A stretch of DNA of 36,066 bases, taken from assembly GCA_025449475.1 (NCBI GenBank), contig JANWJM010000018.1, positions 1 to 36,066 on the forward strand, given 5' to 3'. Positions 1 through 9,291 of the stretch are shown here, piece by piece. This DNA is from Thermoactinomycetaceae bacterium. GTDB taxonomy: Bacteria > Bacillota > Bacilli > Thermoactinomycetales > Thermoactinomycetaceae. Numbering within the stretch: position 1 is the first letter of the stretch; the number at the start of each line of letters is the position of its first letter. The notes under the pieces were generated by a model, which saw only the letters and a list, made by a program, of their open reading frames with translations, was not told where the DNA came from and did not search any database. The position numbers and the translations under genes are program-made.

Positions 1-38
1 CAAGGGAACCCCATTTATTATCTCAAAGCAACCATCGA

Positions 39-66
39 TTGACTTTTTTTCAGATCATGCTAAAAT
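39..66 (+). promoter_or_regulatory. sigma-A-type promoter of rpsD (TTGACT, 16-nt spacer, TGcTAAAAT extended -10)
   Basis: TTGACT at 39-44 and TAAAAT at 61-66, preceded by TG at 58-59. It lies about 210 nt upstream of the rpsD start. Confidence 0.6.
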
Positions 67-275
67 TAACTTTTGTTAGACTCAAACAGCCTCCAAAGGG
101 ATTTGAGGATAGCTAAGCAAAAGATAGGTGAAGGGATCACCCTCACTGGTTCACCCTATCAAGACAAATGATAGGTATCCCTTCTTTCGTCGCTATCCGG
201 AAGATGGGGTAACAATGTGAACCAGCACCCTGTCATTTGCAAAAACGATGCAAATGATGAAAGGAGCAATCGATT
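67..275 (+). promoter_or_regulatory. long structured rpsD 5' leader (candidate S4 autoregulatory leader)
   Basis: About 200 nt is untranslated. Hairpins visible by eye: CTCAAA 81-86 / TTTGAG 102-107; GATAGGTGAA 123-132 / TTCACC(C)TATC 150-160; TCATTTGCA 233-241 / TGCAAATGA 249-257, directly abutting the SD GGAG at 263-266. B. subtilis rpsD is known to be autoregulated through its leader. The structure here was not modelled computationally. Confidence 0.5.
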
Positions 276-875
276 ATGGCACGTTACACTGGACCGAGAT
301 GGAAACTTAGTCGTCGTCTAGGGATTTCATTAACAGGAACGGGGAAAGAACTTAAGAGACCATATCCACCGGGTCAACATGGACCCACTCAACGCAAAAA
401 ATTAAGTGAATATGCGCTTCAATTGCAAGAAAAACAAAAGCTTCGTTTTATGTATGGACTGAATGAAAAACAGTTCCATAATCTCTTCAAAAAAGCGGGA
501 AAAATGAAAGGGGTTCATGGCGTAAACTTTATGATCCTCTTGGAATCTCGTCTCGATAACCTCGTATATCGGTTGGGATTTGCGCGAACACGCCCCCAAG
601 CCCGTCAGTTGGTCGTTCATGGTCATATCACTGTCAACGGGAAAAAAGTAGATCGGCCTTCATATCAAGTTGCCATTGGCGATGAAATCGGAGTACGGGA
701 AAAAAGCAAAAACTTGACAGTGATTAAAGAAGCGCTTGAAGATCGGGCATATCTACCTGAATATCTTTCCTTTGATGAGAATCAACTATCGGGTGTCTAT
801 CTCCGTCTTCCTGAACGATCGGAACTTCCATCTGAAATCAACGAAACCTTAATCGTTGAATTCTATAGTCGTTAA
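276..875 (+). CDS. rpsD: 30S ribosomal protein S4
   Basis: 199 aa beginning [16 protein letters not shown]..., a typical S4 N-terminus with an S4 RNA-binding domain. SD AAAGGAG lies upstream. Confidence 0.97.
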   Translation: MARYTGPRWKLSRRLGISLTGTGKELKRPYPPGQHGPTQRKKLSEYALQLQEKQKLRFMYGLNEKQFHNLFKKAGKMKGVHGVNFMILLESRLDNLVYRLGFARTRPQARQLVVHGHITVNGKKVDRPSYQVAIGDEIGVREKSKNLTVIKEALEDRAYLPEYLSFDENQLSGVYLRLPERSELPSEINETLIVEFYSR

Positions 876-890
876 TGAAGGAACGAAGTG

Positions 891-928
891 CCCCAAATTC
901 TGGGTAACCAGGAATTTGGGGTTTTTTT
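891..928 (+). terminator. rho-independent terminator of rpsD
   Basis: CCCCAAATTC(CTGG) / (CCAG)GAATTTGGGG stem followed by TTTTTTT at 922-928. Confidence 0.88.
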
Positions 929-1006
929 CATTGTTACAAATGGAAAAAGACTCTTCATAAATTTGTTGAAATCCATTATTTATGAAGATAATTAAATTCA
1001 ATAATA

Positions 1007-1015
1007 TGATATAAT
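1007..1015 (+). promoter_or_regulatory. extended -10 element (TGaTATAAT) upstream of the first PBP gene
   Basis: TGATATAAT sits 30 nt upstream of the TTG start. No good -35 was seen. Confidence 0.4.
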
Positions 1016-1044
1016 ATTAACTCGAAAACGGAGGGGGGAAACAA

Positions 1045-3405
1045 TTGGATAGAGTGATTCCATGGATAAAAACCACCTTAAAAGTAATGGGCTACTTGAT
1101 TTATACCATTGTCTCCCTTTGTTTAATTGTTGTAGTAGGAAGTGTTGGCGTCACTGCCGGGGCAGTATCTGCCATCATGAAAGATGAAAAATTATATACA
1201 AAAGATGACTTTCAAAAGAATCTCGACGATCTTTTCCAAACCAGTTATGCCTATTTTCTCACCCAAGACAAAAATGGAAATCCGATCCGAATTGGTTCAT
1301 TTCGATATGAGGGCAACGAACGGAAACTCATCCGTTCCAAAAACGAGGTAAATCCTATTCTTATTGATGCTTTTATCGCCATCGAAGATCGCGATTTCTA
1401 CAAGCACAAAGGAATCGTTCCACGCTCCCTAATTCGCGCAGCTTGGCAACAAGCAACGGATGCAGAGGTCACAACAGGGGGAAGTACGCTTACCCAACAA
1501 CTGGTCAAAAACCTGATCTTAAAAAACTCCAAAAAGAATATAGCTCGAAAAACCAAAGAAATCATTCTCGCACTCCGTATGGAACGGATGTACACGAAAG
1601 ATCAAATCTTGGTCTATTATATGAACAGCCTCTTTTTCGGGGAAGGTGCTCATGGTCAAAAAATGTATGGCGTTAATGCAGCTGCCAAGGGGCTTTTTAA
1701 CAAAGACCCTAAACACCTCAATCTGGCACAAGCTGCCTATATAGCGGGAATGGTACAACGTCCCAATGATCTCAATCCATTTAGTGAAGATACAAAGAAT
1801 TTCGAACGCGGCAAAAAAAGAATGAAAATGGTTCTTGATAAAATGCTTGAGACAAATAAAATCACAAAAAAAGAGTATGATGAAGCACTAAAATTCGATA
1901 TTAAAAAATCTTTTGCCAAACCCGAACAATTCCAATACGCTTACAAAGAACATCCTTATATCATGTTTGCATTAGAGACCGAAGCGGCAGAAACATTAAT
2001 GGAAATCGATAACTTAGACATCGATGAACTAAGCAAACAAGGCAAATATCGAAGCACCCTTCAAGAATATAAGACCAAAGTCGCAACTGGCGGATACCAT
2101 TTCTATACCACCATTGATAAAGATTTATATGAAGCTATCAATAAAGCTGCAACCAAAGGTCTTACTCTCCACACTCGCACCTATAAAGGGATAAAGAGTC
2201 AGGAGCAATTGGGAGCAACCATCATTGAAAATAAAACAGGGGCAGTATTGGCGTTTGTACCTGGAACCAGTGAATTTGAAAAAAACCAAAAAAACCATGC
2301 ACTGGATGTTTCGAGACAACCTGGATCATCGATTAAACCGCTTCTTGTCTATGCACCCGCTTTGGAAGAAAAAATCATCTCCCCGAACTCATTAATCGTT
2401 GACGAAAGAATTCCAAAAAGCGATGGATCGGGATATTATCGAAATGCTGGAGGCTCATATCGTGGTCCCGTCACCGCCACTCAAGCATTAAAATTTTCAT
2501 ATAATATTCCTGCCATCAAGACGTTTAATTCACTGGGGCATAAAAAAGGATTCGACTATCTGCGCAAATTGGGACTTCCTCCCCATCCCCATGATGGAGA
2601 GGCTGCCGCGATTGGTGGTGCAACGAATGGTTATACCGTGGTCAAGATGACTGCAGCATTTTCAACCTTTGCCAACGGTGGCAAGTACAACAAACCTTAT
2701 ATCATTTCCAAAGTCACGGACGCAGATGGCAAAGTGATTTGGGAGCACAAACCCAACCCTGAGCAGGTGTTTTCACCGCAAACCTCCTTCCAAATCACGA
2801 ATATGCTGCGAGAGGTTGTAAATGGCGGAACCGCTTCCTATATAGGAAGCAGGATCAAGGGATACAATTTTGCAGGAAAAACGGGAACAACCACAAAGGA
2901 CAAAGATCAATGGTTTATTGGATACACACCGGAAATCACGTTAGGTGTCTGGGGAGGATATGATTACAACTTCCGTATGAATCATAACCCTCATTTTACC
3001 AAGCGAGCATGGGTAAATATTTTCCAAGCCGCTTCCAAACAGAGTCCGGAATATTTCCCAAAAGGAACATCTTTTCAAAATCCGGGTGGCTTCAATCCAG
3101 ATATTTGCGGATTTGATTGTGAAAAAGTAAAATCTTTTCGAAAAAAGCAAGAAGAACAAGAACGAATTAAGATGCTTCAACAGGAATTAATGAAGAAACA
3201 AACTAAAACGAAAGTGATTGAACAGCCAAAAAATAATCCGGTTCCACCACCTTCAAACATTGAACCTGAACCACCCAATCAGGATCCTCCCGATCCATGC
3301 CAATCCAATGAGGATGATAACTGTACCTCTCCTGCTCCTGATCGCCCAAACAACGATTCATCAAATTTCGACCCGTTTCGTTTTTTTCGTCGTTTTTCTT
3401 CTTAA
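1045..3405 (+). CDS. class A penicillin-binding protein (bifunctional glycosyltransferase/transpeptidase), copy 1
   Basis: TTG start after GGAGGGGGG. N-terminal TM anchor. GT51 motifs EDRDFYKHKGI and GGSTLTQQLVKN. Transpeptidase motifs SxxK (GSSIKP), SxN (SYN) and KTGTT. Pro/Asp/Asn-rich C-terminal tail. Confidence 0.93.
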   Translation: MDRVIPWIKTTLKVMGYLIYTIVSLCLIVVVGSVGVTAGAVSAIMKDEKLYTKDDFQKNLDDLFQTSYAYFLTQDKNGNPIRIGSFRYEGNERKLIRSKNEVNPILIDAFIAIEDRDFYKHKGIVPRSLIRAAWQQATDAEVTTGGSTLTQQLVKNLILKNSKKNIARKTKEIILALRMERMYTKDQILVYYMNSLFFGEGAHGQKMYGVNAAAKGLFNKDPKHLNLAQAAYIAGMVQRPNDLNPFSEDTKNFERGKKRMKMVLDKMLETNKITKKEYDEALKFDIKKSFAKPEQFQYAYKEHPYIMFALETEAAETLMEIDNLDIDELSKQGKYRSTLQEYKTKVATGGYHFYTTIDKDLYEAINKAATKGLTLHTRTYKGIKSQEQLGATIIENKTGAVLAFVPGTSEFEKNQKNHALDVSRQPGSSIKPLLVYAPALEEKIISPNSLIVDERIPKSDGSGYYRNAGGSYRGPVTATQALKFSYNIPAIKTFNSLGHKKGFDYLRKLGLPPHPHDGEAAAIGGATNGYTVVKMTAAFSTFANGGKYNKPYIISKVTDADGKVIWEHKPNPEQVFSPQTSFQITNMLREVVNGGTASYIGSRIKGYNFAGKTGTTTKDKDQWFIGYTPEITLGVWGGYDYNFRMNHNPHFTKRAWVNIFQAASKQSPEYFPKGTSFQNPGGFNPDICGFDCEKVKSFRKKQEEQERIKMLQQELMKKQTKTKVIEQPKNNPVPPPSNIEPEPPNQDPPDPCQSNEDDNCTSPAPDRPNNDSSNFDPFRFFRRFSS

Positions 3406-3410
3406 TAGGA

Positions 3411-3446
3411 CTCACTTCATCGCTTTTTGCAAGCGGATGAAGTGAG
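3411..3446 (+). terminator. hairpin after PBP copy 1 (probable terminator, weak U-tract)
   Basis: CTCACTTCATCGC / GCGGATGAAGTGAG stem of about 13 bp. The downstream sequence is only moderately T-rich. Confidence 0.5.
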
Positions 3447-3660
3447 TGTGATCCTCTTTGTGGTATTTCTATATTGTAGTAATGCATTTAAAAAATGTAT
3501 AATATATTTATCAAACCCCTGTTAATATCCCTTTCATCGAACGCTGCTCCAAAAGTGAGAAGATGGATTGTGTAACTGGAGAGGGCAAAGTTACGAAAAA
3601 TGACACCATGAAACGGACAATCTCTAGTATACTGTTCTAGGGATTGTTTCTTTATTTTGC

Positions 3661-3689
3661 TTCCGACCATCCATACAACTTGTTATAAT
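3661..3689 (+). promoter_or_regulatory. candidate promoter for PBP copy 2 (TTCCGA, 17 nt, TGtTATAAT)
   Basis: Perfect TATAAT at 3684-3689 with a TG extension at 3681-3682. The -35 is weak. It implies a leader of about 260 nt. Confidence 0.5.
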
Positions 3690-3956
3690 TGTCTGGATTG
3701 GTCGAAAAAAGAAAAGTTCTCGTTTTTTTACGACCTAAAAATTTCTTTTGGGAACGAAAAATAATATAAAACCATGATCGAATGACTGAGGAGGAAAGAG
3801 AGGTGGAAAACCTGCTACTTCATATGGTTGAAACATATGAAATGTTAAGAGCGCGAAAAAATCACGAACTTTTTCTGTTTTAAGCGGAAGAGGTTGACTC
3901 AGTGAAAATCCTCTTGGCATAGATAGCTATGTTCCAAAGTAGCAGGTACGGGGCAT

Positions 3957-6323
3957 ATGCAGACAAATATCAAAAAGTCATCGCAGCGAAAATTTTCATT
4001 TATGAAAATACTACGGCAAGCCTTATTTGTGTTGCTTGTGGCATTCTTAATCATATCCGTTGCAACCATCGGTGTTGGAGCAGGAATCGTTTCTGCCTAT
4101 ACTAAATCAGAAACTATACGAACAAAAGAAGATTATGATAAAGAATTAGAGGCACTATCTCAAACCAGTTACGCATACTTTCGTGAAAAAGACGGTCAAA
4201 TAAAACAAATCGGTGTGATGATTAATCCAGATGATCGCCAATTGGTGACCGATTTAAAACAAGTGAGCCCATATTTAATTGATGCGTTCCTTGCGATTGA
4301 AGATAAAGACTTTTATGAACATAACGGAATTGTCCCGCGCTCGATCCTCCGTGCCGCGTTTCAACAAATGAGCGGAAGTGATGTGACGACCGGAGGAAGT
4401 ACATTAACCCAACAATTAGTGAAAACACATTTCTTGGATTACAAAGATAAGAGCTTAAAACGGAAATCGGTTGAGATTATCAATGCTGTGAGACTTGAAA
4501 AATACTATGATAAACCTGAAATATTTATAAAATACATGAATAGTGTCTTCTTTGGTACAGGAGCACATGGTAAAAACATGTATGGTGTCAATGCAGCTGC
4601 CCGTGGATTGTTTAATAAAAAATTGAAAGACTTACACTTGGCACAAGCTGCATATATTGCGGGCATGGTACAACGTCCAAATGCTTATAACCCTTTTCGC
4701 GGTGAGGAAGAATTAAAGCTTGGTCTTAAGCGCATGCGATTAGTTCTCGATAAGATGTTGGAAGAGAAAAAGATTACCAAACAACAATATGATGAAGCCA
4801 TAAAATTTGATATCAAAAAATCATTGGCTAAACCCAATATGTTTGTCAACGGATATGAAAAATATCCCTTTATTATTACAGCAGTGGAGAGAGAAGCTGT
4901 AAAAATTCTTAAAGAGATGGACCAAAAAAATCCAGACGCAGTTACACGATCTGACGAATACTACACGAAAAAAGTTCGACAAGGTGGTCTCCGTTTTTAT
5001 ACGACCATTGATCAAGAAATGTACGATAAGATTAACCAAGCTGCCAAAGAGATTGAATTCCCTACCCGAACTTATCGAGGCATCAAGATCAAAGAACAGA
5101 TTGGTGCTACCGTTGTTGATAACCGGACGGGAGAAATCCTTGCTTTTTATGCCGGGAATTTCGATGAGAATGAAAAAGATCATGCGTTGGATACAGTTAA
5201 CCAACCCGGTTCTGCCATCAAACCTCTTTTAGTATACGGACCAGCGCTGAATGAAGGAGTAATTTCACCCAATTCCATTATCATTGATGAACCGATTCGC
5301 AAAGCGGGAACAAGAAGCGTCTACCGAAATGCAGACGGAAATTATCGAGGTCCTGTTTCCGCTACAGAAGCGCTAAAAAAATCGTTAAATATTCCAGCCG
5401 TTAAAATTTATCGAAAACTAGGCTTTGACAAGGGAAATGATTACTTGAAAAAGATGAATCTCCCGATTCACAAAAGAGATGAGGGAGTTGAAGCGCTTGC
5501 CTTGGGTGGCTTTAGCTATGGATATACGGTAGCAGACATGACGGGTGCATTTGCCATGATTGCCAATTATGGCAAATTCAACAAAGCTCACTTAATCGAT
5601 CGTATTGTTACCGCAGATGGAAAAGAGATTTACAACTTTAAACGCGATAACGAACCACAGCAAATCTTTTCACCCCAAGTCTCCTATCAACTGATTAAAA
5701 TGTTGCGCCAAGTAGTCACCGGTGGTACGGCAGCCTCATCCATTGGAGCTAGAATCTCCGGTTACAATATTGCTGGAAAAACAGGGACGACGACCTCACA
5801 ATACGATTTATGGTTTGTCGGTTTTACACCCGAAATTTCGCTCGGTGTTTGGTCGGGATACGATTATAACTATACAGGAAATCAAAACTTGGCTAAAAAT
5901 GCTTGGGTGAAAATCTTCAAGGCAGCAGCAGAATCGAATCCAGAATTGATCAAGAGAGGTAGCAATTTCAAAGACCCAGGAGGATCTCTTCCAAATAAAT
6001 GCTTTGAGTGTAACAAAAAATCGAACTACGGTCCTTCCAAAAAGAAAGAGAACGAGGAACGAAGAGATAGAGAACAGAGCCCTCAACGCCGTAGTCGCAA
6101 TGAGCAAAATCCAAATGATAGTCAAAATCAACCTTCTCCCACACCCCCTCCACGCAGTGACAATGGCGGCAGTCGCAGTAATGGAAATGGAAGTCACGAT
6201 AATGGAGGGAATAACCACGGATCATCCGATGGTGGTGGAAGTAGAGGAGGCGGAGGTACACCCAATGGCGGCGAAGGAACCTCCGGACCCATTCTACCTC
6301 CCGAACCCACACCAAGCTTTTAA
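3957..6323 (+). CDS. class A penicillin-binding protein, copy 2 (tandem paralogue)
   Basis: 788 aa and colinear with copy 1. Motifs: EDKDFYEHNGI, GGSTLTQQLVK, GSAIKP, SLN, KTGTT. Gly/Ser/Asn-rich C-terminal tail. Confidence 0.93.
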   Translation: MQTNIKKSSQRKFSFMKILRQALFVLLVAFLIISVATIGVGAGIVSAYTKSETIRTKEDYDKELEALSQTSYAYFREKDGQIKQIGVMINPDDRQLVTDLKQVSPYLIDAFLAIEDKDFYEHNGIVPRSILRAAFQQMSGSDVTTGGSTLTQQLVKTHFLDYKDKSLKRKSVEIINAVRLEKYYDKPEIFIKYMNSVFFGTGAHGKNMYGVNAAARGLFNKKLKDLHLAQAAYIAGMVQRPNAYNPFRGEEELKLGLKRMRLVLDKMLEEKKITKQQYDEAIKFDIKKSLAKPNMFVNGYEKYPFIITAVEREAVKILKEMDQKNPDAVTRSDEYYTKKVRQGGLRFYTTIDQEMYDKINQAAKEIEFPTRTYRGIKIKEQIGATVVDNRTGEILAFYAGNFDENEKDHALDTVNQPGSAIKPLLVYGPALNEGVISPNSIIIDEPIRKAGTRSVYRNADGNYRGPVSATEALKKSLNIPAVKIYRKLGFDKGNDYLKKMNLPIHKRDEGVEALALGGFSYGYTVADMTGAFAMIANYGKFNKAHLIDRIVTADGKEIYNFKRDNEPQQIFSPQVSYQLIKMLRQVVTGGTAASSIGARISGYNIAGKTGTTTSQYDLWFVGFTPEISLGVWSGYDYNYTGNQNLAKNAWVKIFKAAAESNPELIKRGSNFKDPGGSLPNKCFECNKKSNYGPSKKKENEERRDREQSPQRRSRNEQNPNDSQNQPSPTPPPRSDNGGSRSNGNGSHDNGGNNHGSSDGGGSRGGGGTPNGGEGTSGPILPPEPTPSF

Positions 6324-6327
6324 CACA

Positions 6328-6357
6328 TCAAAAGTCCCCTTCTTGGGGACTTTTTTA
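6328..6357. terminator. bidirectional terminator shared by PBP copy 2 and acsA
   Basis: AAAAGTCCCC-ttctt-GGGGACTTTT flanked by A and T runs. It overlaps the acsA stop codon. Confidence 0.88.
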
Positions 6358-8082
6358 ATGATCTTCCAATGTCGAGAGGTCACCAGTAGGTAAACCCAAT
6401 TCCCAGGCTTTTAATACCCGTCTCATAATTTTTCCGCTTCTCGTTTTGGGAAGTTTTTCTCGAAATTCAATTTCCCGAGGTGCGGCATGGGCAGCTAATC
6501 CTTTCTTAACAAACAAACGAATCTCCTCCATCAATTCATCGGATGGTGAATAGCCCTCGCGCAGTGAAACAAACGCCTTGATGATTTCACCACGTACAGG
6601 GTCAGGTTTCCCTATGACACCCGCCTCTGCAACCGCTGGATGTTCAATCAATTTACTTTCGACTTCAAAAGGACCCACCCGTTCTCCTGAGGTATTGATC
6701 ACATCATCCACTCGTCCTTGAAACCAAAAATAACCCTCATCATCAACATAAGCGGAGTCTCCTGAAATATACCAGCCTGGAACGCGGAAGTACTCTTGGT
6801 ATTTCTCATCATTCTTCCAAATCTTCCTCATCATCGATGGCCATGGAGTCTTAATCGCTAGATTCCCCATTTTATAAGGTGGTAGGAGATTTCCATCATC
6901 ATCGAGAATGCCTGCTTCAACCCCGGGGATCGGTTTTCCCATCGATCCCGGTTTTATATCCATTTGAGGATAATTTGCGATTAAAATCGCTCCTGTCTCG
7001 GTCATCCACCAATGATCGTGAATGCGTTTTCCGTATACTTTCATTCCCCAACGAATCACTTCTGGATTTAAAGGTTCTCCCACACTTAAGATATGACGAA
7101 GCGATGAGAGATCATATTTCTTGACCGTTTTTTCACCCGCTGACATCAGCATTCGAAATGCGGTTGGAGCGCTATACCAAACGGTTACCTGATTCTCTTC
7201 AATGGTTTGGTACCAATCATCTGGATTAAAACGCCCTCCTCGAATCACATTGGTCACTCCATGTAACCAGGGAGCAAAAATACCATAAGAGGTTCCTGTT
7301 ACCCAACCAGGATCCGCTGTACACCAAAAAATATCATCTTCTTGTAAATCGAGCACCCACTTTCCAGTTTGATAGTGTTGGATCATGGCATGATGTACAT
7401 GCAGAACACCTTTAGGCTTTCCAGTAGAACCCGACGTATAATGAATAATCATCGGATCTTCCTGATCAACCCATTCAATTTCTAGTTCTGAAGACGCCTC
7501 TTGGATCTCCTTCTCAAAATGATACACCTCTTCTTCCTGTTTGTTGGACTTTCCCCCAACCAGAAGAATCTTTTCTAAATCAGGCAACTCTCTACGGGGG
7601 ACGCGATCCAGCAGCTCAGGGGTTGTAATTAATAAAGTGGCTTCACAATCAGCGAGACGATCCTTGACTGCCGATTCCATAAACGCTTCAAATAGAGGAC
7701 CTGCTATTGCACCAATTTTGATGATCCCCAAGAAACTGATATAAAATTCAGGCATACGTGGGAGAAAAAGAAAGACTCGGTCGCCTTTTTGAATGCCCAA
7801 CTTCCGCAAAACATTGCCCAAACGATTGGAGAGCATTTTTAAAGCTGCAAAAGTATATTCCTCTTTGCGTGATGGATCACTATATTTTAAAGCAATCTTC
7901 TTCCCTTTTCCTTCATCCACATGACGATCGATCGCCTCGTACGCAATATTTACTCGACCTGTTTTTGCCCAACTAAAATGCTTTTTGACTCGATCCCAGG
8001 AAAACTGCTTCACTTCTCGGTCATAATCCTGTAACTGATTTCCTGTCGTCATGACTTTCAAACGCTCTTCGTTCGCCACCAT
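6355..8082 (-). CDS. acsA: acetyl-CoA synthetase
   Basis: 575 aa. AMP-binding motif YTSGSTGKPKG. C-terminal PKTRSGKIMRR carrying the regulatory lysine. Colinear with B. subtilis AcsA as I recall it. SD AAAGGAGAG. Confidence 0.97.
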   Translation of the reverse strand: MVANEERLKVMTTGNQLQDYDREVKQFSWDRVKKHFSWAKTGRVNIAYEAIDRHVDEGKGKKIALKYSDPSRKEEYTFAALKMLSNRLGNVLRKLGIQKGDRVFLFLPRMPEFYISFLGIIKIGAIAGPLFEAFMESAVKDRLADCEATLLITTPELLDRVPRRELPDLEKILLVGGKSNKQEEEVYHFEKEIQEASSELEIEWVDQEDPMIIHYTSGSTGKPKGVLHVHHAMIQHYQTGKWVLDLQEDDIFWCTADPGWVTGTSYGIFAPWLHGVTNVIRGGRFNPDDWYQTIEENQVTVWYSAPTAFRMLMSAGEKTVKKYDLSSLRHILSVGEPLNPEVIRWGMKVYGKRIHDHWWMTETGAILIANYPQMDIKPGSMGKPIPGVEAGILDDDGNLLPPYKMGNLAIKTPWPSMMRKIWKNDEKYQEYFRVPGWYISGDSAYVDDEGYFWFQGRVDDVINTSGERVGPFEVESKLIEHPAVAEAGVIGKPDPVRGEIIKAFVSLREGYSPSDELMEEIRLFVKKGLAAHAAPREIEFREKLPKTRSGKIMRRVLKAWELGLPTGDLSTLEDH

Positions 8083-8153
8083 ACTTCTCTCCTTTACTCC
8101 ACAAATCTTTGTTCTTTAGCTTATCTATATGGTGGATACAATCCAAACAGAAT

Positions 8154-8182
8154 CACAAAAAAACCAGCCTATGAGTGCTGGT
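8154..8182 (-). terminator. rho-independent terminator of ccpA
   Basis: Minus strand reads AACCAGC-actcatag-GCTGGTT followed by TTTTTGTG. Confidence 0.85.
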
Positions 8183-8203
8183 TAAAGAGAGGTAGCTCGA
8201 AAC

Positions 8204-9238
8204 TTAACGATTGGGCCATTTTTTTAAGCGAGTGGACTGTCTTAACTCAACTGTATACTGTAATACAACCTGAGAAGACTCGATCTCTTCATTATTCATA
8301 AACTTGGTCAATAAGCGCATCGCTACTGCACCAATATCATACATTGGGACATGAATAGTACTGAGTAGAGGTCGAACCTGAGACGCTAAAGGAATATTTT
8401 CAAATCCAATAACTGAAAGATCGTCGGGAATTCTTTTTCCTTTATCCAATGCTGCATGGATCGCTCCAACAGCCATCTCATCGCTCGCGGCAAAAACTGC
8501 CTTACAATCCGGATGTGCTTCGAGCAATTCCATCATCGACTGATAGCCTGAAGTATAGCGATAGTCCCCCACACGAACCCATTCTTCATCAAATGGAATT
8601 TGATGCTTTTTTAGCGCACTTTTATATCCTTGATAACGAGGATATCCTTTTACCACATCTGTCAATGGACCGCTAATAAAAGCAATCTGTTGAGTTCCTT
8701 CTTCAATTAATACAGTTGTCGCCTCTTCTGCTGCCTTTTTTTGATCAATTGTCACAAAGGATTGTTTCTGCGTTTGGTCATGTGTCGCAGCCAAAACAAC
8801 CGGAACATTGGTTTCAGCGAAAATCTCTTGATGGGTATCGGTAAGCTCGCCTCCCAAATATAACAATCCATCCACTTGTTTCTCTAACAAGGTTTCAATC
8901 AGTTTTAATTCTTTTTCTGTTTTCAGATCTGAATTACTTAAAATGATATTGTAATGATACATGGTTGCAATATCTTCAATCCCTCGAGTCAATTCCGCAT
9001 AAAACATATTTGAGATATCCGGAATAATTACGCCAACAGTGGTCGTCTTTTTACTCGCTAATCCTCTGGCAACAGCATTGGGGCGATAACCCAGCTGGCG
9101 AATCACTTCCAGTACTTTCTTACGCGTAGACGGTTTCACATTTGGGTTTCCATTAACGACCCGAGACACGGTCGCCATCGACACGTCGGCTTCGCGTGCA
9201 ACATCATAAATGGTGATTGTACCTTTTTTCTTCCCCAT
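8204..9238 (-). CDS. ccpA: catabolite control protein A (LacI family)
   Basis: TIYDVAREADVSMATVSRVVNGNPNVKPSTRKKVLEVIRQLGYRPNAVARGLASKKTTTVGVIIPDISN is almost identical to the B. subtilis CcpA N-terminus. The ATG at 9238 is preferred. The ORF-track start at 9247 is a GTG three codons upstream. Confidence 0.95.
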   Translation of the reverse strand: MGKKKGTITIYDVAREADVSMATVSRVVNGNPNVKPSTRKKVLEVIRQLGYRPNAVARGLASKKTTTVGVIIPDISNMFYAELTRGIEDIATMYHYNIILSNSDLKTEKELKLIETLLEKQVDGLLYLGGELTDTHQEIFAETNVPVVLAATHDQTQKQSFVTIDQKKAAEEATTVLIEEGTQQIAFISGPLTDVVKGYPRYQGYKSALKKHQIPFDEEWVRVGDYRYTSGYQSMMELLEAHPDCKAVFAASDEMAVGAIHAALDKGKRIPDDLSVIGFENIPLASQVRPLLSTIHVPMYDIGAVAMRLLTKFMNNEEIESSQVVLQYTVELRQSTRLKKWPNR

Positions 9239-9291
9239 AATTCTCACATCCGATGATTTGGTTTTTCACTTATTATATTTTAACCGATTTA

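Noticed and set aside
402-626. 74-aa ORF antisense to rpsD. Many similar track ORFs lie inside or antisense to long genes, for example 1398-1919, 2125-2319, 2941-3487, 4222-5232, 6879-7976, 8449-8676, 9448-10251, 12895-13531, 14962-15964, 17817-18299, 19549-20056, 20413-21035, 21758-22726, 22814-23050, 26165-26545, 27299-27830, 28352-28672, 29879-30271, 30679-30871, 31333-32253, 32854-33144, 34059-34268 and 34942-35527.
   Set aside because: All of them overlap confidently identified genes in another frame or strand. None has an SD, and their low-complexity or odd composition is typical of shadow ORFs.
3790-3825. Possible T-box remnant (GAGGTGGAAAACCTGC compared with GGGTGGTACCGCG), considered because tyrS sits here in B. 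subtilis
   Set aside because: The match is poor, with an insertion and the wrong 3' half. There is no stem-I specifier architecture, no terminator immediately after it, and the downstream gene is a PBP.
3782-3883. 33-codon ORF (MTEEEREVENLLLHMVETYEMLRARKNHELFLF) in the PBP-2 leader. It looks faintly like a Spo0E-type helical peptide.
   Set aside because: There is no SD upstream, no SQELD-type motif, and it overlaps predicted leader helices. It is kept only as a note inside the leader finding.
3488-3920. Two minus-strand ORFs (3488-3670 and 3735-3920) in the inter-PBP spacer
   Set aside because: Neither has an SD. Their products have unremarkable composition with no recognisable motifs, and they lie antisense to the predicted PBP-2 promoter and leader.
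5722-6393. Cluster of overlapping ORFs (5722-5910, 5808-6218, 5968-6315, 6004-6393) at the 3' end of PBP copy 2
   Set aside because: These are alternative-frame and antisense readings of the Gly/Ser/Asn/Arg low-complexity tail region. Stop-poor repetitive sequence generates long spurious ORFs.
8083-8160. cre (CcpA) site in the acsA promoter
   Set aside because: I found no TG.AA.CG..-type pseudo-palindrome with a central CG in the 75 nt available.
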